A stretch of 63,948 nucleotides of DNA, the filler included, from Thelocarpon superellum (Eukaryota): assembly GCA_026025795.1 (NCBI GenBank). It is 8 parts of 8 records of this genome, joined end to end, with 100 filler letters (N's around TTAATTAATTAA, not from the genome) between each part and the next. Parts side by side here need not be neighbours in the genome. Positions count along the whole stretch, not along the records: positions 16,849 to 25,120 come from JAPEUG010000607.1; positions 25,221 to 33,486 come from JAPEUG010000608.1; positions 33,587 to 41,828 come from JAPEUG010000609.1; 5 more parts are not named here. One strand, written 5' to 3'. Made by a program: the position numbers and the translations under genes. The stretch's first letter is position 1; each line of letters starts with the position of its first letter. The notes under the pieces were generated by a model. That model saw only the letters and a program-made list of their open reading frames with translations. It ran no database searches and was not told the origin of the DNA. Shown here piece by piece: positions 24,534-35,347 of the stretch.

Positions 24534-24677
24534 TCCTCCTCCTCCTCCTCCTCCTCCCCCTCCTCCTCCTCCTCCTCCTCCTCCTCCTCCTCTCCTCCTC
24601 CTCCTCCTCCTCCTCCTCTCCTCCTCCTCCTCCTCCTCCTCCTCCTCCTCCTCCTCCTCCTCCTCCTCCTCCTCCTC
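24534..24677. repeat. (CCT)n/(GAG)n microsatellite, about 144 nt, slightly imperfect
   Basis: Direct reading of the sequence. Confidence 0.95.
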
Positions 24678-24741
24678 GGCCATGTGCTGTCTAGGGGCGC
24701 GAACCCCGCCCAAAGTGTAGTCACACGCTCAAACCCACGCA

Positions 24742-25120
24742 TCATCGGAATTCGTAGCTGGGAAAGGTCCGCCGTACGGGCTGTAGCACCAGGTGCTGAT
24801 ACGGTGCGCTGGCCGGATCGTAGTACAGTCCCTCGATGAAGCCATCGGAGCGCCGGAGCGACAGGTAGTAGAAGCCTGAGATGGTAAGGCCAAGTCGTTG
24901 GTCTGATGGCGTGATGAAGCATTTCTCTGGAGAAGGGCCAGGGGGATCAGTGACGCACGAGAGAAGGTACGGTGAGGTGATGGGAGAAAGAAGAAGAAGA
25001 AGAAGAAGAAGAAGAAGAGAAAACGACACACCCTTCCATCGCATCAGGATCCATTGTTTGGAGATGTGTTCGGATAGCCATCGCTTCGACACGAGATGCT
25101 CGGCGATACGACCCTCGTCA
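24742..25120 (-). CDS. GID4: GID complex substrate receptor Gid4/Vid24-like, 3' part only (5' cut off by contig end)
   Basis: WILMRWK|EKCFITP...GLTISGFYY.SLRRSDG.IEGLYYDP.S.PYQ.L.L.P...FPSYEFR* is the conserved Vid24/Gid4 C-terminus. The intron contains an (AAG)n/(CTT)n tract at about 24988-25017. Confidence 0.88.
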
Positions 25121-25220
25121 NNNNNNNNNNNNNNNNNNNNNNNNNNNNNNNNNNNNNNNNNNNNTTAATTAATTAANNNNNNNNNNNNNNNNNNNNNNNN
25201 NNNNNNNNNNNNNNNNNNNN
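25121..25220. other. Artificial contig-joining spacer
   Basis: N44-TTAATTAATTAA-N44. Confidence 0.98.
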
Positions 25221-25699
25221 GACGCAGAGGCGCTGAAGGACGATGTCATTGCGTCAGGGGCGGCGTAGTGTCGTGGGGATGGAGGAAGTGGATAGGAGGC
25301 GATGAGGGACAAGCGCATCCTCATCCAGGGGGGAAAATGAATCCTGCGGCCCCACCGGTACGGTGTTTCCTCATCCCGTAGACGGGCATAATCGGTCGTG
25401 CGAGCGCATCCGCTCCTCCCTTGCCTCGGACCAAACAGCCTGAATCAGAACTCTTCTTGGCCGACGTAATAAATACACCGGCTCGCCAGCTCGAGGTATT
25501 TCTGCATCGTTCATCATCCATCGTTCCTCACGCTCATTGTTCTTTCACTTCACACCAACCACACTCATTGACCGCATCCACTCGTTGGCTAGTTGCTCGT
25601 GTCGCTGCTCTCTTTCGCCCCTGTCCACTCACGCTCAAGACTACCTCCCCCACTCTCGTGGGCACTTTTTCCGTCAAGCAAAACATCACCTCTTGAGAG

Positions 25700-26567
25700 A
25701 TGCGTTCTTCTATTGTCGCCGTTGGGGCCTTTGCCGCCGCCGTCTTGGCCGATCCTTGTGAGCCGCGTCGCGGTGGGACGACGATGAGAGGGGAAGCTAA
25801 CCAGGTCTCCAGGGTACAATGAAGAGACCACATACGTGACCTCCTACTCGACCGTCACCTCGTGTAGTGCCGGGGTTCAGTGCTCGTCAACGCCGCCAGT
25901 CGCGCCAGTGGTGCCACCGGCGGCGGCGACGACGAGCCCCTACGTCAGCCCGGTGACGGTGCCGACTGGTGTCACGACGTCGACCTTTTACAGCACCAGC
26001 GTGTCGACAGTGATCAGCTGCGCCACGACGATCACCAACTGCCCGGCCGAGTCCACAGTGCTGGTGACGTCAGTGATTCCTGTCTCGACCACGGTGTGCC
26101 CCATCTCGGAGCTGCCCACGACGACGGCTCCGTCCTTGACGACGTCGACGGTCTACAGCACGTCCGAGGTCACGGTGACCAGCTGCGGTCCCACCGTCAC
26201 CAACTGCCCGGCCCACTCGACGGTCATCAGCACGACCATCATTCCCGTGTCGACGACCGTCTGCCCTGTCTCGGTCGTCGAGACGCCCGGCGTCGCTCCC
26301 GTCTCGGGCGCCGCCATCCCGGTCAGGCCCAGTGCCCCGACGACCCCGATCGTCCCGACCACCACGCCCATTGCCACGGCGTCCGCTGCTCCCGCGGGCA
26401 ACAGCAGGTACGCCGCTCTCCATCCCCTTGACTATCGTACGCTAATCCATGACAGCATCTCCACTACCACCCCCCCGGCCGCCGAGTTCACCGGTGGCGC
26501 CAGCACACTCAACGGGCCCATGGTGGCAGCGGGCATGGTCGCCTTGGCCGCGGCCATGTACCTGTAA
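25700..26567 (+). CDS. GPI-anchored Ser/Thr-rich cell-wall protein with two Cys-containing repeats, 3 exons
   Basis: Signal peptide [17 protein letters not shown]. Introns at about 25758-25812 and 26408-26455. Two repeats [43 protein letters not shown]-terminal GPI signal [27 protein letters not shown]. Confidence 0.88.
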
Positions 26568-26939
26568 AGGATTGGCGTCGATGTGCTGTCCGGCTTCCCT
26601 TTTTCTCGTTCCCACCCCGTGGATATGGGGAACTTTTCTCTTCATGGACATGACTCGTCAGCCGCGGGTCTTGCGTTTCGTTTCCTTTACTTTGCCTAGT
26701 CGGCTTTTACTAGGGTCACGCGGACTGGATAAAGGGTTTAAATCCGAAGGTGCTCGTAGGTTGGGAAGGGAAACCGCACTGTCGCCGGTGCTGGGATAGA
26801 CATGCTCCACGCTTCCTTTGGTATTGTTCTTATTGCTACCACTGCGGCGGCGCTGCACCGGTCGGCAAGCAACCGCATGGCTATGGTAGATTGTTAATGC
26901 AAGATTTGACATCCTCAACAGACCGCGTACGGTGCATAA

Positions 26940-29154
26940 CTAGCAGATACGAACACCACAGCACTCAATGCGCCCCCCTTGGACCTCAGCCTCGCGGGCA
27001 AAATACAACCGGAGCAGGTGCCGGACAAAGACGTGGTCTTGGGCACTCCAGACGTCGAGGCCCATGCGTGCCATGTCATCGCTCGTGATTGTTAGGGGAG
27101 CGTAGATGCCACCGCCACCGCCACCACCACCGCCACCGCCACCGCCATCGCCACTACTACTGCCGCCAGCGCCGAATCCAGTAGCGTAGACGCCGCCGTC
27201 TTCGTCGTCGTCGGCCTCGCTCGTCTCGACGACATCAGAGAGCGTACACAGCATCAGGGTGGTCAGCCGATGGAAATAGGCTATCAGGACCATCTCGGGC
27301 GCCATGGCGCTGCTGAGACTCGGTCGGTCCGCTCCGTCTCCGGTGGATCGGCGTCGACTGCTGGTCGTCGTTGTAGCGAGGGAGGTGGCGTCGGCGCCCA
27401 CAACGACGGCGTCGTCGAGCAGCGCGTCGTCGCCTTCAACTTCCTCTCGTCGGTCGCTGCGTCGCTCGCCGGCCGATGCCCACCACAGGTAGGAGGAGTA
27501 GGCTACCGCGGGCCAGGACATGGGCTCGACTACTTGCTCGTCGATGGGCGATGCGAGTTCTTCCAGGCCGTCTTCTTCCTGCCACTTGGGGAGGAGGTGG
27601 GTTTGATCATCTTCGTCGTCGTTGGCGTGCTGCTGCTGGTGCTCGTGCTCGCGGTCGCCGTCGGGAAGAGGGGTGGTCTGCTGGTCCAAGTACTCGCTGG
27701 ATCGCGATTGCAGCCCTCGTCGTAACACGGCGAATCGTCGGGCGTCTCGTTGGGTAGCCTTGACTTCGGTACCGCGGGGGCTCTCGATCCGTGGCCATCG
27801 CTTCTCTGTGGCTTGGTCGGCATTGGGGGGTGGCATTGTGACCAGAACGTCGTAGAGATGGTCTTTCGTCGCGAGGACGGCGTCCGTGGTGACCCCGATC
27901 CATCCCTGTCCTCGACCGAGGGGATTCTCGTCCTCCACTTCCTCCCCTGGAGAAGGAGGCTCGGATTGGGCCGGCGTCCTGGCTTCTTCTTCGAGCATGG
28001 GAATGTCGTGTACCCCGATGGAGAAAAAGGGCCGTACTCGAGGCGCGGGCACGGTGGAGATGAGATCGTTGACGGAAAGTGGAATATTCGAGATGATAGA
28101 TATGTCGTACACTGTTTCCGAGTCACCTATCAGTGACGGGTCGATCGTCTGGGTAGTCGGTAGACTGACCGAAGTGACAAGCCCTCTCCACGGGTGCCTG
28201 CCCCACGAGCAAGATCCGTTTTCGGAGCAGCGCTGCCCGGTGAAGTGGAAACACCAGGGGTCCAAAGGTATCGAGAAAGTCCGGTAAAGATAATGCCGGA
28301 TGGAACGAGCGCACGCTGTGCTCGGCCGAAAGAGACAAGTTGACGTCCGAGGTGCTCCGTATGCGCCCGTGGCTTGGTGTAACGGGATACGTCCTGGGAG
28401 CGGGCTTGAATCGCAAGCTGGAGGGCGAGTCTGATGGTGATTCTGTTGCTTCCCTATCCAAGTCTCGCTCGTGATAGGTCTCCCAGTATTTCTCGAGTTC
28501 CGGTACCTTGGCGTTGACGTCCACCAGGCCGGACCGGTGGATCATCGTTCTGACACCCTTCTCCATCAGCATGGTCCATGATTTGCCCTGTTGATCGAGG
28601 GCTCTGGACCTACCGTGCAAATTCCATTAGACTCTCCGCATGTCTCCACGACCGGCCCATGCGACCAAAGCTGAGGGGAACCAATATCCCCACGGCGAGC
28701 ATGAGGGCATTGCGGCTTTCGGTATCGGCAGGCGCATTGACAAACGCGCTGACGCCCGCATACTGCTCATGGACAAAGTAGCTACGCCGGGTTAGCAACA
28801 CCCAGCCCACGCCACAATGTGCTCACATCAGATCGCTCTCGACATTGTGTAGGCCCGAGGGTAGCGACTTGTATTCCACGATGCCTTCGAGCTGGACTGA
28901 GGCTGTTAGATCCATCCGTCTGGGGGTCATGATGATCAACTCACCTCCCGGCGTGGCACGTCTCCAACCCAGCGTATAGCTATGCATGACACAACGGATA
29001 AGCTTCTTTTCCCATCACCTTGGATGATGACCTACCCGGCCTTGATGTCAAAGTAGATGACGAAAAGGGCAGCGATGGGGGGTAAGTCGGGAGATGGACC
29101 GGTGGAGCGTTGGATATCGATGCTCATCGGACGGCCCATTCGATAGGGTGCCAT
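26940..29154 (-). CDS. DENN-domain protein DENND11/LCHN/Anr2-like (DUF2347 + DUF4484), multi-exon
   Basis: Exons read LPPIAALFVIYFDIKAG|YTLGWRR..|..VEYKSLPSGLHNVESDL|YFVHEQYAGVSAFVN...RNALMLAVGILV...FHPALSLPDFLDTFGPLVFPLHRAALLRKRILL...|VYDISIISNIP...KATQRDARRF...YFHRLTT...MGLDVWS...CCGVRIC*. Confidence 0.82.
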
Positions 29155-29383
29155 GAGTCCGACGCGGTGTTCATGTCATGGTACAAGCAAGGAGGACCGG
29201 ATCGAGCAGCTGTCCTCCGGGTTGGCCCGTGAGCAAACAAGACATGAGACGGATCCATGGAGGAGGCATCAATGGCGTCTACCGTCCACCGTAGATTGTA
29301 TCTTCCCCCTCTAAGCTCACGGTCATTCGATCTTCAGGAGACGGACTCTGGCGGAACCTGTGAGGGCGTCCGACCGACAAGCC

Positions 29384-32059
29384 ATGTTGTTACCGTACGT
29401 CTGCCTTCGGTGCCGTCAGGCCGTTCGTCGAGATCTGGGCAAGGCCAGACAGATCCAGGCCCGGCCATATGCAAGCTTCATCTCGTTCCGCGAGCCATCT
29501 GCGAGGCTTGCATCCACCGCCACGCCCTCCGCGCTCGCGGAGAACGCGGAGACCTTGGTACCTAAACAATCACGCGGCAAGGGCAGAGCTGGAACACTGG
29601 AGAGGAAAGCGGATGCATCGACGAAGTTCCCTGGTCGAGATGACTTCCTCGAGAAGCTCTTTGCGTCCTCCAGTCGAGGTGAGGCAGACGTGCCGGCGAA
29701 CCAGCCTCCAGACCATCGGCCGCAGATGATCTCCAGCCGCACACGACGCTCCAGTCCCTTAACGGAATTGGAGGCGCTCTTGTCGGATCCGACGAAATCT
29801 TCTCTCGGAACATGCTGGGCACATTTTAACAAGCACTACGCCGGATCATCCAAGAACCACTTGACGCATCCATCGGTGCCAGACCGACTGAAGCTCGCCA
29901 AAGGCCACGCATTTCGATCATTGCTGCGTGCCTCTATCGAGCGACAAGATGAGGCCAGGGAGGAGGTGGTTCCGTCGCCGGCCAACGCGATCCAGGTCTA
30001 CCTGCGCCTAGGACTCATGAGGGAGAGCTACTGGACGGAGACCATCTGGCGGCTCGTGCTCCCTCTCCTCGACCCCAGCTTGGAGGCGGCCAAACCAAGA
30101 GACGACGGGCAGGTATTAGAGGAGACGTCACTAGACCATCTCATGGAAGTGTGGAAAGTGTTTTTCGACGCGTACCGACCTCACGACGAACGGCGCGAGC
30201 AAGAGGCAGTCCGGGCGATACCGGCATGGCCTGTGGTGGAGCCCGGGGAACTGGAGAGAGTGCGCGGACGATTCTCGAAGAGCTTGCAGACTCGCTTCTT
30301 CCACTTCTTTCCCCGTTTTCCGCCCTCTCGTGAGATGCAAGCCATCTCTCTCGGGGCGGCGGCGACGTTTGACCTGCTGACGCGATCACGCGGCGGTCTC
30401 ATTGCATACGACGCAGCAGCCGAGGACGTGCAGCCATTCATGTTCTTCATGGGCCAAGTGCTCCCCTACGCCGAGCACACGCACGAGGCATTGGCCGCGC
30501 ATCTAGCATTGCACGGGATCGAGTCGACGGACGTGGCAGAACTGGTGCAATGGCATGCCCTCTCGCCGAGAGCGCTGGCGATGTACGCCTCCTCCAAGAC
30601 TGCCTACCCGGGTGCGGAAGGGCAGGGCACGCAGGCCGAAGTGCAGCGGCTCTACCTCCGACGAATCGGACGGGCCCTCTTCCGGAAAGACGTTGTTCAA
30701 GCCGAGGCTCTGTGGGCAGAAGCGCAGCAATATTACACGGAGAGCTCCACAGCCAGTCGCGCCTCATCGCCACCCAGTCTCCCCATCGAGCTTTACAATC
30801 GCTTCATCCACCTTTTCATGGCGCTCGGCCGTGGCGAGCGGGCGATCGGGGTGTGGAACGAGATGCGCCGGCGGGGCATCGAGCCCACGCAAGCCTCATG
30901 GCACGCGATGCTCGACGGATGCCGCAAGGCGCGCGACCCTCAGTCACTGCTGCGCATCTGGGAGCAGATGACGGCGGAGGGCGTGTCACCGGACGTGGGG
31001 TGCTGGACGACGATCATCCACGGCTTCTTCGCGGGCGGCAAGTGGCGCATGGGGGTGCAAGCGCTACACACGATGGGGGAGCAGTGGACACAAGCCGCCA
31101 GGAAGTCCGACTCCCGCGCCGCGAAACCCAACACGGAGACCATCAACGCCACCATCTCCGGCCTACTACGCTTCCACCAGCCCGAGCTCGCGCGGCAGGT
31201 GCTCGCGTGGGCCAGCGAGCTCGGCATTCCCGCCGACGTCGTGACGTACAACACCCTTCTGCGGCCGACGATCCGCGAAGGCCGAGCCGACGAGGCGGCG
31301 AAGCTACTGGCCGAGATGGAGCGGAACCAGGTCCGGCCGGACGTGGTTACGTTTACCATTCTGCTCGACGGCCGGTTTCGCTCTCTTCATTCTTCGTCGC
31401 CGTCCCCATCCAGATCATCGTCTCCCTCGACCTCGCCCTCCCCACCTGCCACGTCCGAAACCGACACGGTCCTGCAGATGCTCCACGCAATGGAACGCAG
31501 CGGGATCAGCGCGAATGCGCACTCGTACAGCGTGCTCCTGGACGGGCTTCTCCAACAGCACGGAAACGTCCGCGCGGCCAAAGCGGTGCTATCGCACATG
31601 ACGGCGCGGAATCTGAGCCCGAGCCCGCACATCTACACCATCCTCGCGACGTATTATTTCCGGGCGGGCGACGTGGCGGCGCTCGCGGCGCTGTGGGCGC
31701 GGATGCAGCTCTCCGACGACGCCGCCCGCGTCGACCTGATCTTTCTCGAGCGCATGGTGGAGGGGTATGCGCGCCTGGGCGAGATCGGCGCCATGCGGGA
31801 CTTCGCGGCGCGTATCACGAGGCGGGGGATCGCGCCCACGTGGCGCCTGCTGCGTACCATGCTCGAGGCGTATGTGCGCGCAGGTGACGCCGGGGGCGCC
31901 CAGGCCCTAGTGGTGGCGGTGAGGGCTCGGAAGGGCATCTATGCGAATGGGAATGGACCACGGGGCTGGACGGGGCAGAGCGAGTTTTGGGACCTGGTGG
32001 AGCGGGCGGGCGTGGGTGTGGGTGTAGGTGTGGGTGTGGATGTGAGCGGGAGAGAGTAG
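29384..32059 (+). CDS. Mitochondrial pentatricopeptide-repeat (PPR) protein, single exon
   Basis: Basic presequence MLLPYVCLRCRQAVRR. Multiple PPR motifs (LYNRFIHLF..., SWHAMLDGCRK, CWTTIIHGF, DVVTYNTLL, DVVTFTILLDG, HSYSVLLDGLL, HIYTILATYYF). Confidence 0.9.
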   Translation: MLLPYVCLRCRQAVRRDLGKARQIQARPYASFISFREPSARLASTATPSALAENAETLVPKQSRGKGRAGTLERKADASTKFPGRDDFLEKLFASSSRGEADVPANQPPDHRPQMISSRTRRSSPLTELEALLSDPTKSSLGTCWAHFNKHYAGSSKNHLTHPSVPDRLKLAKGHAFRSLLRASIERQDEAREEVVPSPANAIQVYLRLGLMRESYWTETIWRLVLPLLDPSLEAAKPRDDGQVLEETSLDHLMEVWKVFFDAYRPHDERREQEAVRAIPAWPVVEPGELERVRGRFSKSLQTRFFHFFPRFPPSREMQAISLGAAATFDLLTRSRGGLIAYDAAAEDVQPFMFFMGQVLPYAEHTHEALAAHLALHGIESTDVAELVQWHALSPRALAMYASSKTAYPGAEGQGTQAEVQRLYLRRIGRALFRKDVVQAEALWAEAQQYYTESSTASRASSPPSLPIELYNRFIHLFMALGRGERAIGVWNEMRRRGIEPTQASWHAMLDGCRKARDPQSLLRIWEQMTAEGVSPDVGCWTTIIHGFFAGGKWRMGVQALHTMGEQWTQAARKSDSRAAKPNTETINATISGLLRFHQPELARQVLAWASELGIPADVVTYNTLLRPTIREGRADEAAKLLAEMERNQVRPDVVTFTILLDGRFRSLHSSSPSPSRSSSPSTSPSPPATSETDTVLQMLHAMERSGISANAHSYSVLLDGLLQQHGNVRAAKAVLSHMTARNLSPSPHIYTILATYYFRAGDVAALAALWARMQLSDDAARVDLIFLERMVEGYARLGEIGAMRDFAARITRRGIAPTWRLLRTMLEAYVRAGDAGGAQALVVAVRARKGIYANGNGPRGWTGQSEFWDLVERAGVGVGVGVGVDVSGRE

Positions 32060-32110
32060 CAGTAGATAGATCTCATCTCGTCTCATCTCATCTCTCCTCC
32101 AGCTTTACCT

Positions 32111-33258
32111 TCACGAGGCACTCGCGTCCCTCTTCAAACGCGCCACGACGCGCTCGAGGTCCCTCAGTTCACCAGGCGGCACGCTGCGGCCTTCGCTCTG
32201 CCACTCGCCCTCGCGCACCGCGCCCTGCTCGTCCAGCTCCAGGCCACGCGTCTGCTGCAGATGGCGCTTCACTTCCCCTTCGACGTATTGCACACGTTCG
32301 TCGGGGGTACTTTCTGACGGGGCGGACAGGAGGCGGGGGAGTTGTGGCGTCAGCGTCGACAGAAGAGCCCGGATGGCTGGGATCTGCGACGTGCTGAATG
32401 CGCTCGTCGTCGCCAGCGGCTGCGCTGTGCTTCCCACCGACAGGGCGCGCGCGGACGGGTGGGCGGTGAGGAAGGAGAGGGGCGATGCTGGTGTGGTGGT
32501 CGTCTTAGTGGTGCTGGTGCTGCTGGCAGTAGCCTGATCCCTGGGAGAAAGAAGAGAGTGCAGCTGATGAATCAACCGCTCGTTGGCCTCCACGTGGCCC
32601 TGGAGCACCGTATTCAACTTCTCCGTCTCGCGCAGCTTGCGCCTTTGGAGATCGATCGCGGCCTGGTCCGGTGCATCTGCCGTCGATCCAAAGTGCAGAT
32701 TCTCATAATGGCCCAGCCGGATCCACGGCGCCACTTCCTCCGGAATCGCCAGCACGCTGCGCAAGAGGTAGATCTCCAGCTTGTCAAAGTTCTTGTCCAC
32801 CGTTGCTTCCAGCAGCGTCTCGAGCTGGTGCACGCCGTTCTCGATCTCGCGCTTGGCGTCCGCTTGGGCGGTGGTGGTCGTGATGGTCGTGGAGGAGCTA
32901 GTGGGCGAGGCGGGCCGGACGACGAAGCCCAGGGCGGTGGGAGAGGCGGAGAGCAGGCCGGTTTCGATGGCGCTGACGGCTCGGTAGAGCAGTTCGTTGA
33001 CGGAGTTGATGATGTCGTCGATCAACGACTGTGTGAAAATGTCAGGGAAAGACGTCGACGAGAGGCGGGCGGGGATTGGACGGAGGGGAAGCGGGAGAGG
33101 GGGGAGGTAGGAGAGGGGGGAGGTAGGAGAGGGGGGAGGGAGGAGAGGGGGGAGGTAGGAGAGGGGAGCGGGGAGAACAAGGGATGGGCATCTACCAGCG
33201 GAGTCCAGCGGAAATGTTCCGTCAAGAGCGAATTTGCAATCGGAGCCGAGTCCGCCAT
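32111..33258 (-). CDS. MIS12: Kinetochore protein Mis12/Mtw1, 2 exons
   Basis: MADSAPIANSLLTEHFRWTPL|SLIDDIINSVNELLYRA...EIENGVHQLETLLEATVDKNFDKLEIYLLRSVL is the Mis12 N-terminal signature. One intron at about 33195-33030. Confidence 0.92.
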
Positions 33259-33486
33259 GTTGATGGCTCGCTCGGTCGATCCAGGGTTGGGATTGCGAGT
33301 CGACGCGGTGCTTGTCGTCGCGCTTCTTGGGAGACGTGATGGTGACGCCAGCCGGAGGTGCCGACTTTTGTTTACTGCGGTGTCGTGGGGTACGATGTGG
33401 TGCGACTCGGGCGATGTTGTGGGGTGGGCGAGACCGCCAGTAGCGCAGATCTCTCAGTCTCAATTCCTGGACGTACTGACACCAGA

Positions 33487-33586
33487 NNNNNNNNNNNNNN
33501 NNNNNNNNNNNNNNNNNNNNNNNNNNNNNNTTAATTAATTAANNNNNNNNNNNNNNNNNNNNNNNNNNNNNNNNNNNNNNNNNNNN
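33487..33586. other. Artificial contig-joining spacer
   Basis: N44-TTAATTAATTAA-N44. Confidence 0.98.
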
Positions 33587-33792
33587 GGATGGGATGGGAT
33601 GGGATGGGATGGGATGGGATGGGAGGGGATGGGATGGGATGGGATGGGATGGGATGGGATGGGATGGGATGGGATGGGATGGGATGGGATGGGATGGGAT
33701 GGGATGGGATGGGATGGGTGGGAAGGGATGGGATGGGTGGGAAGGGATGGGATGGGTGGGATGGGATGGGATGGGACGGGATGGGATGGGAT
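33587..33792. repeat. (GGGAT)n pentanucleotide satellite at contig start
   Basis: About 40 mostly perfect GGGAT units, degenerating at the 3' end. Confidence 0.95.
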
Positions 33793-33897
33793 AGGGGCAG
33801 GGCAGAACAGGCATAGGGAAAGGAAAGGGGGAAGAATCAAATTGACAAGGAGCAACGAGTCTCCTAATGATTCCATTGTCCTGATACTGAATCTATT

Positions 33898-35347
33898 TTA
33901 CGGCTTAGACTTGACCTTTTTGGTCCTCCTCTCTTTCTCCTTTTTCCCTTTTCCTTCTTCCTGCCCCTGGCCCTCTCCCTCTGCTTTCTCGACCTCGGCC
34001 TCCACCTCCGCGAGAGCTTTCCGCTTCTGGCTCTTGATCTTCTCTCTGCGCTCTTTCGCCTCTGCTTTTACCCGCTTTGCTTTTGTTTCTTCGTTCTCTC
34101 CTCCATCCTCTTCGTTCACTTTGCCTTTCTGCTTCTTGCTTTTCTTTTCCTTCTCCTTTTCCGTCTTGGCCTTCTTAGACTTTTCCTCTCCTGCTTCGTC
34201 CCCGTCCTTCTCCCCCCTCTCGGCCTTCCTCTTTCGCTTCTTGGTTGATGGTGACGATGTCGACGGTGCGGCTTCTATTGCTTTCGGTTCTGTCACTTTC
34301 AGGTGCGCGTCTGCATCTACTTCCATGACGTCCTCTTCGTCCGCCCACAGTTCGTCCGCGAGCCAGATCGGCAAGGCGGCGGTGTTGGGGCCTTTGATGT
34401 GGAGGCCCCGCACCCCGCGCCACTTCTTCGCCACGTGTTTCTCGACGAGGCCTGCGACGACCGCGTCGATGTTCTCCGCCACTTTGGCTCCGTCCCAGCT
34501 CGCTTTGCCCACCCGGATGGACGTGCACGTCGAGGGTGACAGGTACACGAGTGCCGTGGACAGCGTCCGCGTAATTTCATCGGCAATCGCTTTCGGTGGC
34601 GCCACGCTCTTTTCTTCCTCTCGTGCCTTGCTGGCTGTCAGGTCCTTTGCTTTCCGTGGTCCGGCGATGTTGACGGGGATGGGTCGTTTGGCCGTGACTT
34701 TGTAGAAGGCCTTGCCGAGCACGTTGGGCAGCATGGTGATGACGCGGTCGTCGGCGAGGAAGAGTTCATGTTCACTGACCAGCTGCCGTCGGCTCTCGAA
34801 CGACTTGTACTTGCTTCGTAGCTTCGAGATGCCAATCACCCGTGTGATGCGGGAACGGAGCGGGGCGGGGAAAGCGGGGGATGCAATGGCATCTTTGAAG
34901 GATCGTTGCGGATCGACGGTGATGAGGCAGACGGTGGCGTTGGGCGAGGAATTGAGGGAGTGGGGGATCTTTCTGTAGGGTCTCAGTCAGATGAAGTTTG
35001 GGAGGGAGAAATCCTCGGAATCATACATTTTCCCCGGCTTGAGTCGTTTCTGATCAGTAATGTGTTTCTTGGTGGTTAGGATCAGCCAGACAGGGACATC
35101 GTCCTCATCCGCAGCTTCTTCGTCCGAGTCACCAGTGCCGTTGCCGACAGCGAGCAGATTTTGCTTCTTTGAGTGCGCCGCATGTTCGTCGTGTGTCAAT
35201 TTGATATGCTTGACCAGCGCGTGCGACGCCTTGAGAGTCTGTTGCAGTTAGGATAACGATCGATCTAAAAGGCTGTGAACGTACTTGGGCTGGATCAAGC
35301 CGATCTGATGGCCCTTGTACGGTCAACGCCGTAGACGTGGGCGCCAT
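33898..35347 (-). CDS. Ribosomal L1-domain nucleolar protein (Cic1/Utp30/RSL1D1-like), 3 exons
   Basis: MAPTST...DPAQ|TLKASHALVKH...VWLILTTKKHI...RLKPGK|IPHSLN...VCLITVDPQR...IGISKLRSKYKSFESRRQL...FLADDRV...LGKAFYK...KGPNTAALPIW, with a Lys/Glu-rich tail. Confidence 0.88.

Noticed and set aside
24035..24922. ORFs with poly-R/G/E, poly-P, poly-L and poly-S runs
   Set aside because: These are frames through the (CCT)n microsatellite, with no other coding evidence.
33587..33792. GGGAT array as a novel telomere repeat
   Set aside because: The strand orientation is wrong for a left chromosome end, and a housekeeping gene lies about 100 nt away with no subtelomeric sequence.
33599..34705. 368-aa ORF with MGWDG repeats and a Phe/Ser-rich region
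   Set aside because: It is the translation of the (GGGAT)n satellite plus the antisense strand of the Lys/Glu-rich tail of the L1-domain gene.
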